Below are positions 1-10,578 of a DNA stretch of 64,000 bases, piece after piece. This DNA comes from Eledone cirrhosa (Eukaryota), in the NCBI GenBank assembly GCA_964016885.1, contig CAXHJY010000096.1, forward strand, positions 930,001 to 994,000, read 5' to 3'. Position numbers and translations under genes: made by a program. Position 1 is the stretch's first letter. Every line of letters starts with the position of its first letter. The notes under the pieces are model-generated. The model saw only the letters and a program-made list of their open reading frames with translations. It did not search any database and was not told the origin of the DNA.

Positions 1-127
1 GGCTATAATTTCCAGTGTCCAAGGGGAGATAATTTCCAGCCAGCGAAGGGGAGATAATTTTTTTAAAAAAATCATTGGGAGATTTGTAAAAAAAATCAGG
101 GGGAGATAATTTGTAAAAAAAATCAAG

Positions 128-347
128 GGGAGATAATTTCCAGCCGTCCAAGGGGAGGTAATATCTAGCCGTCCAAGGGGAGATAATTTCCAGCCGTCCA
201 AGGGGAGATAATTTCCAGCCGTCCAAGGGTAGATAATATCCAGCCGCCCAAGGACATATTTTCCAGCCGTCCAAGGAGAGGTAATTTCTAGCCGTCCAAG
301 GGGAGATAAATTCCAGCCTCCAAGGGGAGATAATTTCCAGCCAGCCA
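128..347 (+). repeat. Example run of type A (25-bp, GC-richer) monomers with ordered variants
   Basis: Tandem GGGGAGATAATTTCCAGCCGTCCAA copies, with variants GGTAATATCTAG, GGGTAGATAATATCC, the 23-bp GGACATATTTT monomer and the 24-bp AAATTCCAGCCTCC monomer, ending in CCAGCCAGCCAA. Confidence 0.95.
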
Positions 348-622
348 AGGGGAGATAATTTGTAAAAAAATCAGGGGGAGATAATTTGTAAAAAAAATCA
401 GGGGGAGATAATTTGTAAAAAAAAATCAGGGGGAGATAATTTGTAAAAAAAAATCAGGGGGAGATAATTTGCAAAAAAAATCAGGGGGAGATAATTTGTA
501 AAAAAAAATCAGGGGTAGATAATTTGTAAAAAAAAATCAGGGGGAGATAATTTGTAAAAAAAAATCAGGGGGAGATAATTTGTAAAAAAAATCAAGGGGA
601 GATAATTTGTAAAAAAAATCAA
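348..622 (+). repeat. Example run of type B (poly-A, 26-28-bp) monomers
   Basis: Tandem GGGGAGATAATTTGT(A)7-9TCAG copies, including TTTGC and GGGGTAGA variants. The last two monomers end in TCAA. Confidence 0.95.
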
Positions 623-1949
623 GGGGAGATAATTTCCAGCCGTCCAAGGGGAGGTAATATCTAGCCGTCCAAGGGGAGATAATTTCCAGCCGTCCAAGGG
701 GAGATAATTTCCAGCCGTCCAAGGGTAGATAATATCCAGCCGCCCAAGGACATATTTTCCAGCCGTCCAAGGAGAGGTAATTTCTAGCCGTCCAAGGGGA
801 GATAAATTCCAGCCTCCAAGGGGAGATAATTTCCAGCCAGCCAAGGGGAGATAATTTGTAAAAAAATCAGGGGGAGATAATTTGTAAAAAAAATCAGGGG
901 GAGATAATTTGTAAAAAAAAATCAGGGGGAGATAATTTGTAAAAAAAAATCAGGGGGAGATAATTTGCAAAAAAAATCAGGGGGAGATAATTTGTAAAAA
1001 AAAATCAGGGGTAGATAATTTGTAAAAAAAAATCAGGGGGAGATAATTTGTAAAAAAAAATCAGGGGGAGATAATTTGTAAAAAAAATCAAGGGGAGATA
1101 ATTTGTAAAAAAAATCAAGGGGAGATAATTTCCAGCCGTCCAAGGGGAGGTAATATCTAGCCGTCCAAGGGGAGATAATTTCCAGCCGTCCAACGGGAGA
1201 TAATTTCCAGCCGTCCAAGGGTAGATAATATCCAGCCGCCCCAGGACATATTTTCCAGCCGTCCAAGGAGAGGTAATTTCTAGCCGTCCAAGGGGAGATA
1301 ATTTCCAGCCGTCCAAGGGTAGATAATATCCAGCCGTCCAAGGACATATTTTCCAGCCGTCCAAGGAGAGGTAATTTCTAGCCGTCCAAGGGGAGATAAA
1401 TTCCAGCCTCCAAGGGGAGATAATTTCCAGCCAGCCAAGGGGAGATAATTTGTAAAAAAATCAGGGGGAGATAATTTGTAAAAAAAATCAGGGGGAGATA
1501 ATTTGTAAAAAAAAATCAGGGGGAGATAATTTGTAAAAAAAAATCAGGGGGAGATAATTTGCAAAAAAAATCAGGGGGAGATAATTTGTAAAAAAAAATC
1601 AGGGGTAGATAATTTGTAAAAAAAAATCAGGGGGAGATAATTTGTAAAAAAAAATCAGGGGGAGATAATTTGTAAAAAAAATCAAGGGGAGATAATTTCC
1701 AGCCGTCCAAGGAGATTATAATTTTAAAAAAAATCAGGCGGAGATAATTTGTAAAAAAAAATCAGGGGGAGATAATTTGTAAAAAAAAATCAGGGGGAGA
1801 TAATTTGTAAAAAAAAATCAGGGGGAGATAATTTGTAAAAAAAATCAGGAGGAGATAATTTGTAAAAAAAATCAAGGGGAGATAATTTCCAGCCGTCCAA
1901 GGAGAGATAATTTAAAAAAAAATCAGGCGGAGATAATTTGTAAAAAAAA

Positions 1950-4900
1950 ATCAGGGGGAGATAATTTGTAAAAAAATCAGGGGGAGATAATTTGTAAAAA
2001 AAATCAGGGGGAGATAATTTGTAAAAAAATTCATGGGGAGATAATTTGTAAAAAAAAATCAGGGGTAGATAATTTGTAAAAAAAAATCAGGGGGAGATAA
2101 TTTGTAAAAAAAAATCAGGGGGAGATAATTTGTAAAAAAAATCAAGGGGAGATAATTTCCAGCCGTCCAAGGGGAGATAATTTTCAGCCGTCCAAGGAGA
2201 GGTAATTTCTAGCCGTCCAAGGGGAGATAATTTCCAGCCGTCCAAGGGGAGGTAATTTCCAGCCGTCCAAGGGGAGATAATTTTAAAAAAAAAATCAGGC
2301 GGAGATAATTTGTAAAAAAAATCAAGGGGAGATAATTTGCAGCCGTCCAAGGGGAGATAATTTTCAGTCGTCCAAGGAGAGGTAATTTCTAGCCGTCCAA
2401 GGGGAGATAATTGCCAGCCGTCCAAGGGGAGATAATTTCCAGCCGTCCAAGGGGAGATAATTTTTTTTAAAAAATCAGGCGGAGATAATTTGTAAAAAAA
2501 ATCAGGGGGAGATAATTTGTAAACAAAATCAGGGGGAGATAATTTGTAAAAAAAAATCAGGGGGAGATAATTTGTAAAAAAAATCATGGAGAGATAATTT
2601 CCAGCCGTCCAAGGTGAGATAATTTCCAGCCGTCCAAGGAGACATATTTTCCAGCCGTCCAAGGCGAGGTAATTTCTAGCCGTCCAAGGGGAGATAAATT
2701 CCAGCCTCCAAGGGGAGATAATTTCCAGCCAGCCAAGTGGAGATAATTTGTAAAAAAATCAGGGGGAGATAATTTGTAAAAAATATCAGGGAGATAATTT
2801 GTAAAAAAAAATCAGGGGGAGATAATTTGTAAAAAAAATCAGGGGGAGATAATTTGTAAAAAAAAATCAGGGGGAGATAATTTGTAAAAAAAATCAAGGG
2901 GAGATAATTTCCAGCCGTCCAAGGGGAGATAATTTTCAGCCGTCCAAGGGGAGATAATTTCCCGCCAGCCAAGGGAAGATAATATTTAAAAAAATCAGGC
3001 GGAGATAATTTGTAAAAAAAATCAGGGGGAGATAATTTGTAAAAAAATCAGGGGGAGATAATTTGTAAAAAAAAAATCAGGGGGAGATAATTTGTAAAAA
3101 AAATCAGGGGGAGATAATTTGTAAAAAAAAATCAGGGGTAGATAATTTGTAAACAAAAATCAGGGGGAGATAATTTGTAAAAAAAAATCAGGGGGAGATA
3201 ATTTGTAAAAAAAATGAAAGGGGAGATAATATCCAGCCGTCCAAGGGGAGATAATTTCCAGCCGTCCAAGGGGATATAATTTCCAGCCGTCCAAGGGGAG
3301 ATAATTTCCATCCTTCCAAGGGGATATAATTTCCAGCCGTCCAAGGGGAGATAATTTCCCGCCAGCCAAGGGAAGATAATTTTTAAAAAAATCAGGCGGA
3401 GATTGTAAAAAAAATCAGGGGGGAGATAATTTGTAAAAAAATCAGGGGGAGATAATTTGTAAAAAATAATCAGGGGGAGATAATTTGTAAAAAAATTCAA
3501 GGGGAGATAATTTCCAGCCGTCCAAGGGGAGATAATTTCCCGCCAGCCAAGGGAAGATAATATTTAAAAAAATTAGGCGGAGATAATTTGTAAAAAAAAT
3601 CAGGGGGAGATAATTTGTAAAAAAATCAGGGGGAGATAATTTGTAAAAAAAATCAGGGGGAGATAATTTGTAAAAAAAATCATGGGGAGATAATTTGTAA
3701 AAAAAAATCAGGGGTAGATAATTTGTAAAAAAAAATCAGGGGGAGATAATTTGTAAAAAAAAATCAGGGGGAGATAATTTGTAAAAAAAATCAAGGGGAG
3801 ATAATATCCAGCCGTCCAAGGAGAGATAATTTAAAAAAAAAATGAGGCGGAGATAATTTGTAAAAAAAAAATCAGGGGGAGTTAATTTGTAAAAAAAAAT
3901 GAGGGGGAGATAATTTGTAAAAAAAATCAAGGGGAGATAATTTCCAGCCGTCCAAGGGGAGATAATTTTCAGCCGTCCAAGGAGAGGTAATTTCTAGCCG
4001 TCCAAGGGGAGATAATTTCCAGCCGTCCAAGGGGAGGTAATTTCCAGCCGTCCAAGGGGAGATAATTTTTAAAAAAAAATCAGGCGGAGATAATTTGTAA
4101 AAAAAATCAAGGGGAGATAATTTGCAGCCGTCCAAGGGGAGATAATTTTCAGTCGTCCAAGGAGAGGTAATTTCTAGCCGTCCAAGGGGAGATAATTTCC
4201 AGCCGTCCAAGGGGAGATAATTTCCAGCCGTCCAAGGGGAGATAATTTTTTTTTAAAAATCAGGCGGAGATAATTTGTAAAAAAAATCAGGGGGAGATAA
4301 TTTGTAAACAAAATCAGGGGGAGATAATTTGTAAAAAAAAATCAGGGGGAGATAATTTGTAAAAAAAATTAGGCGTAGATAATTTGTAAAAAAAAATCAG
4401 GGGGAGATAATTTGTAAAAAAAAATCAGGGGGAGATAATTTGTTTAAAAAATCAAGGGGAGATAATTTGCAGCCGTCCAAGGGGAGATAATTTTCAGCCG
4501 TCCAAGGAGAGGTAATTTCTAGCCGTTCAAGGGGAGATAATTTCCAGCCGTCCAAGGGGAGATAATTTCCAGCCGTCCAAGGGGAGATAATTTTTTTTAA
4601 AAAATCAGGCGGAGATAATTTGTAAAAAAAAATCAGGGGGAGATAATTCGTAAAAAAAAATCAGGGGGAGTTAATTTGTAAAAAAAAATCAGGGGGAGAT
4701 AATTTGTAAAAAAAATCAAGGGGAGATAATTTCCAGCCGTCCAAGGGGAGGTAATATCTAGCCGTCCAAGGGGAGATAATTTCCAGCCGTCCAAGGGGAG
4801 ATAATTTCCAGCCGTCCAAGGGGAGATAATTTCCAGCCGTCCAAGGAGACATATTTTCCAGCCGTCCAAGGCGAGGTAATTTCTAGCCGTCCAAGGGGAG

Positions 4901-7900
4901 ATTAATTCCAGCCTCCAAGGGGAGATAATTTCCAGCCAGCCAAGGGGAGATAATTTGTAAAAAAATCAGGGGGAGATAATTTGTAAAAAATATCAGGGAG
5001 ATAATTTGTAAAAAAAAATCAGGGGGAGATAATTTGTAAAAAAAATCAGGGGGAGATAATTTGTAAAAAAAAATCAGGGGGAGATAATTTGTAAAAAAAA
5101 TCAAGGGGAGATAATTTCCAGCCGTCCAAGGGGAGATAATTTTCAGCCGTCCAAGGAGAGGTAATTTCTAACCGTCCGAGGAGAGATAATTTCCAGCCGT
5201 CCAAGGGGAGATAATTTCCAGCCGTCCAAGGAGACATATTTTCCAGCCGTCCAAGGAGAGGTAATTTCTAGCCGTCCAAGGGGAGATAAATTCCAGCCTC
5301 CAAGGGGAGATAATTTCCAGCCAGCCAAGGGGAGATAATTTGTAAAAAAATCAGGGGGAGATAATTTGCAAAAAAAATCAGGGGGAGATAATTTGTAAAA
5401 AAAATCAGGGGGAGATAATTTGTAAAAAATAATCAGGGGGAGATAATTTCCAGCCGTCCAAGGGAAGATAATTTCCAGCCCTCCAAGGGGCTATAATTTC
5501 CAGTGTCCAAGGGGAGATAATTTCCAGCCAGAGAAGGGGAGATAATTTTTTTTAAAAAATCATTGGGAGATTTGTAAAAAAAATCAGGGGGAGATAATTT
5601 GCAAAAAAAATCAGGGGGAGATAATTTGTAAAAAAAAATCAGGGGTAGATAATTTGTAAAAAAAAATCAGGGGGAGATAATTTGTAAAAAAAAATCAGGG
5701 GGAGATAATTTGTAAAAAAAATCAAGGGGAGATAATTTCCAGCCGTCCAAGGAGAGATAATTTTAAAAAAAATCAGGCGGAGATAATTTGTAAAAAAAAA
5801 TCAGGGGGAGATAATTTGTAAAAAAAATCAGGGGGAGATAATTTGTAAAAAAAAATCAGGGGTAGATAATTTGTAAAAAAAAATCAGGGGGAGATAATTT
5901 GTAAAAAAAAATCAGGGGGAGATAATTTGTAAAAAAAATCAAGGGGAGATAATTTCCAGCCGTCCAAGGAGAGATAATTTTAAAAAAAATCAGGCGGAGA
6001 TAATTTGTAAAAAAAAATTAGGGGGAGATAATTTGTAAAAAAAAATCAGGGGGAGATAATTTGTAAAAAAAATCAAGGGGAGATAATTTCCAGCCGTCCA
6101 AGGGGAGATAATTTTCAGCCGTCCAAGGGGAGATAATTTCCCGCCAGCCAAGGGAAGATAATATTCAAAAAAATCAGGCGGAGATAATTTGTAAAAAAAA
6201 TCAGGGGGAGATAATTTGTAAAAAAATCAGGGGGAGATAATTTGTAAAAAAAAAAATCAGGGGGAGATAATTTGTAAAAAAAATCAGGGGGAGATAATTT
6301 GTAAAAAAAAATCAGGGGTAGATAATTTGTAAAAAAAAATCAGGGGGAGATAATTTGTAAAAAAAAATCAGGGGCAGATAATTTGTAAAAAAAATGAAAG
6401 GGGAGATAATATCCAGCCGTCCAAGGGGAGATAATTTCCAGCCGTCCAAGGGGAGATAATTTCCAGCCGTCCAAGGGGAGAAAATTTCCATCCTTCCAAG
6501 GGGATATAATTTCCAGCCGGCCAAGGGGAGATAATTTCCATCCTTCCAAGGGGATATAATTTCCAGCCGTCCAAGGGGAGATAATTTTCAGCCGTCCAAG
6601 GAGAGGTAATTTCTAGCCGTCCAAGGAGAGATAATTTCCAGCCGTCCAAGGGGAGATAATTTCCAGCCGTCCAAGGGGAGATAATTTCCAGCCGTCCAAG
6701 GAGACATATTTTCCAGCCGTCCAAGGAGAGGTAATTCCTAGCCGTCCAAGGGGAGATAAATTCCAGCCTCCAAGGGGAGATAATTTCCAGCCAGCCAAGG
6801 GGAGATAATTTGTAAAAAAAATCAGGGGGAGATAATTTCTAAAAAAAATCAGGGGGAGATAATTTGTAAAAAAAAATCAGGGGGAGATAATTTGTAAAAA
6901 ATAATCAGGGGGAGATAATTTGTAAAAAAAATCAAGGGGAGATAATTTCCAGCCGTCCAAGGGGAGATAATTTTCAGCCGTCCAAGGGGAGATAATTTCC
7001 CACCAGCCAAGGGAAGATAATATTTAAAAAAATTATGCGGAGATAATTTGTAAAAAAAATCAGGGGGAGATAATTTGTAAAAAAATCAGGGGGAGATAAT
7101 TTGTAAAAAAAATCAGGGGGAGATAATTTGTAAAAAAAATCAGGGGGAGATAATTTGTAAAAAAAAATCAGGGGTAGATAATTTGTAAAAAAAATCAGGG
7201 GGAGATAATTTGTAAAAAAAAATCAGGGGGAGATAATTTGTAAAAAAAATCAAGGGGAGATAATTTCCAGCCGTCCAAGGAGAGATAATTTTAAAAAAAA
7301 TCAGGCGGAGATAATTTGTAAAAAAAAATCAGGGGGAGATAATTTGTAAAAAAAAATCAGGGGGAGATAATTTGTAAAAAAAATCAAGGGGAGATAATTT
7401 CCAGCCGTCCAAGGGGAGATAATTTTCAGCCGTCCAAGGGGAGATAATTTCCCGCCAGCCAAGGGAAGATAATATTCAAAAAAATCAGGCGGAGATAATT
7501 TGTAAAAAAAATCAGGGGGAGATAATTTGTAAAAAAATCAGGGGGAGATAATTTGTAAAAAAAAAAATCAGGGGGAGATAATTTGTAAAAAAAATCAGGG
7601 GGAGATAATTTGTAAAAAAAAATCAGGGGTAGATAATTTGTAAAAAAAAATCAGGGGGAGATAATTTGTAAAAAAAAATCAGGGGGAGATAATTTGTAAA
7701 AAAAATGAAAGGGGAGATAATATCCAGCCGTCCAAGGGGAGATAATTTCCAGCCGTCCAAGGAGAGATAATTTCCAGCCGTCCAAGGGGAGATAATTTCC
7801 ATCCTTCCAAGGGGATATAATTTCCAGCCGTCCAAGGGGAGATAATTTCCATCCTTCCAAGGGGATATAATTTCCAGCCGTCCAAGGGGAGATAATTTTC

Positions 7901-9720
7901 AGCCGTCCAAGGAGAGGTAATTTCTAGCCGTCCAAGGAGAGATAATTTCCAGCCGTCCAAGGGGAGATAATTTCCAGCCGTCCAAGGGGAGATAATTTCC
8001 AGCCGTCCAAGGAGACATATTTTCCAGCCGTCCAAGGAGAGGTAATTCCTAGCCGTCCAAGGGGAGATAAATTCCAGCCTCCAAGGGGAGATAATTTCCA
8101 GCCAGCCAAGGGGAGATAATTTGTAAAAAAAATCAGGGGGAGATAATTTGTAAAAAAAATCAGGGGGAGATAATTTGTAAAAAAAAATCAGGGGGAGATA
8201 ATTTGTAAAAAAAATCAAGGGGAGATAATTTCCAGCCGTCCAAGGGGAGATAATTTTCAGCCGTCCAAGGGGAGATAATTTCCCGCCAGCCAAGGGAAGA
8301 TAATATTCAAAAAAATCAGGCGGAGATAATTTGTAAAAAAAATCAGGGGGAGATAATTTGTAAAAAAATCAGGGGGAGATAATTTGTAAAAAAAAAAATC
8401 AGGGGGAGATAATTTGTAAAAAAAATCAGGGGTAGATAATTTGTAAAAAAAAATCAGGGGGAGATAATTTGTAAAAAAAAATCAGGGGGAGATAATTTGT
8501 AAAAAAAATGAAAGGGGAGATAATATCCAGCCGTCCAAGGGGAGATAATTTCCAGCCGTCCAAGGGGAGATAATTTCCAGCCGTCCAAGGGGAGATAATT
8601 TCCATCCTTCCAAGGGGATATAATTTCCAGCCGTCCAAGGGGAGATAATTTCCATCCTTCCAAGGGGATATAATTTCCAGCCGTCCAAGGGGAGATAATT
8701 TTCAGCCGTCCAAGGAGAGGTAATTTCTAGCCGTCCAAGGAGAGATAATTTCCAGCCGTCCAAGGGGAGATAATTTCCAGCCGTCCAAGGGGAGATAATT
8801 TCCAGCCGTCCAAGGAGACATATTTTCCAGCCGTCCAAGGAGAGGTAATTCCTAGCCGTCCAAGGGGAGATAAATTCCAGCCTCCAAGGGGAGATAATTT
8901 CCAGCCAGCCAAGGGGAGATAATTTGTAAAAAAAATCAGGGGGAGATAATTTGTAAAAAAATCAGGGGGAGATAATTTGTAAAAAAAATCAGGGGGAGAT
9001 AATTTGTAAAAAAAATCAGGGGGAGATAATTTGTAAAAAAAAATCAGGGGTAGATAATTTGTAAAAAAAATTCAGGGGGAGATAATTTGTAAAAAAATCA
9101 AGGGGAGATAATTTCCAGCCGTCCAAGGGAAGATAATTTCCAGCCCTCCAAGGGGCTATAATTTCCAGCGTCCAAGGGGAGATAATTTCCAGCCAGCGAA
9201 GGGGAGATAATTTTTTTAAAAAAATCATTGGGAGATTTGTAAAAAAAATCAGGGGGAGATAATTTGTAAAAAAAATCAAGGGGAGATAATTTCCAGCCGT
9301 CCAAGGGGAGGTAATATCTAGCCGTCCAAGGGTAGATAATTTCCAGCCGTCCAACGGGAGATAATTTCCAGCCGTCCAAGGGTAGATAATATCCAGCCGC
9401 CCAAGGACATATTTTCCAGCCGTCCAAGGAGAGGTAATTTCTAGCCGTCCAAGGGGAGATAATTTCCAGCCGTCCAAGGGTAGATAATATCCAGCCGTCC
9501 AAGGACATATTTTCCAGCCGTCCAAGGAGAGGTAATTTCTAGCCGTCCAAGGGGAGATAAATTCCAGCCTCCAAGGGGAGATAATTTCCAGCCAGCCAAG
9601 GGGAGATAATTTGTAAAAAAATCAGGGGGAGATAATTTGTAAAAAAAATCAGGGGGAGATAATTTGTAAAAAAAAATCAGGGGGAGATAATTTGTAAAAA
9701 AAAATCAGGGGGAGATAATT
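1950..9720 (+). repeat. ~7.8-kb near-identical segmental duplication, copy 1 (partner ~41996-49793)
   Basis: ORF offsets are a constant 40045 (2676/42721 through 7924/47969), then 40073 (8426/48499, 9016/49089). Rare variants are shared: AGCCAGAGAA, GGGGCAGATA, CAGCCGGCC, CCCACCAGCC and TTATGCGG. Confidence 0.92.
7711..8109 (+). repeat. Representative 16-monomer (399-bp) type A module, present about 18 times
   Basis: It starts after ATGAAA, contains two CCATCCTT/GGGGATATA pairs and ends in the CCTCC and CCAGCC monomers. Copies are marked by the 70-aa ORFs at 6312, 7623, 8426, 14772, 16457, 17740, 19955, 21615, 25132, 31113, 33323, 39817, 46357, 47668, 48499, 52156, 59175 and 62349. Confidence 0.9.
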
Positions 9721-10578
9721 TGCAAAAAAAATCAGGGGGAGATAATTTGTAAAAAAAAATCAGGGGTAGATAATTTGTAAAAAAAAATCAGGGGGAGATA
9801 ATTTGTAAAAAAAAATCAGGGGGAGATAATTTGTAAAAAAAATCAAGGGGAGATAATTTCCAGCCGTCCAAGGAGAGATAATTTTAAAAAAAATCAGGCG
9901 GAGATAATTTGTAAAAAAAAATCAGGGGGAGATAATTTGTAAAAAAAAATCAGGGGGAGATAATTTGTAAAAAAAAATCAGGGGGAGATAATTTGTAAAA
10001 AAAATCAGGAGGAGATAATTTGTAAAAAAAATCAAGGGGAGATAATTTCCAGCCGTCCAAGGAGAGATAATTTAAAAAAAAATCAGGCGGAGATAATTTG
10101 TAAAAAAAAATCAGGGGGAGATAATTTGTAAAAAAAAATCAGGGGGAGATAATTTGTAAAAAAAATCAAGGGGAGATAATTTCCAGCCGTCCAAGGGGAG
10201 ATAATTTTCAGCCGTCCAAGGAGAGGTAATTTCTAACCGTCCGAGGAGAGATAATTTCCAGCCGTCCAAGGGGAGATAATTTCCAGCCGTCCAAGGGGAG
10301 ATAATTTCCAGCCGTCCAAGGAGACATATTTTCCAGCCGTCCAAGGAGAGGTAATTTCTAGCCGTCCAAGGGGAGATAAATTCCAGCCTCCAAGGGGAGA
10401 TAATTTCCAGCCAGCCAAGGGGAGATAATTTGTAAAAAAATCAGGGGGAGATAATTTGCAAAAAAAATCAGGGGGAGATAATTTGTAAAAAAAATCAGGG
10501 GGAGATAATTTGTAAAAAATAATCAGGGGGAGATAATTTCCAGCCGTCCAAGGGAAGATAATTTCCAGCCCTCCAAGG

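Larger units (their letters stand above)
1..1950 (+). repeat. Higher-order duplication, copy 1 (partner ~10579-13120; offset 10578, then 11172)
   Basis: Position 1 matches 10579. ORF pairs 509/11087 and 1005/11583 give offset 10578. The rare marker GGAGATTATAA at ~1711 and ~12883 gives offset 11172 (10578+594). Confidence 0.85.
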
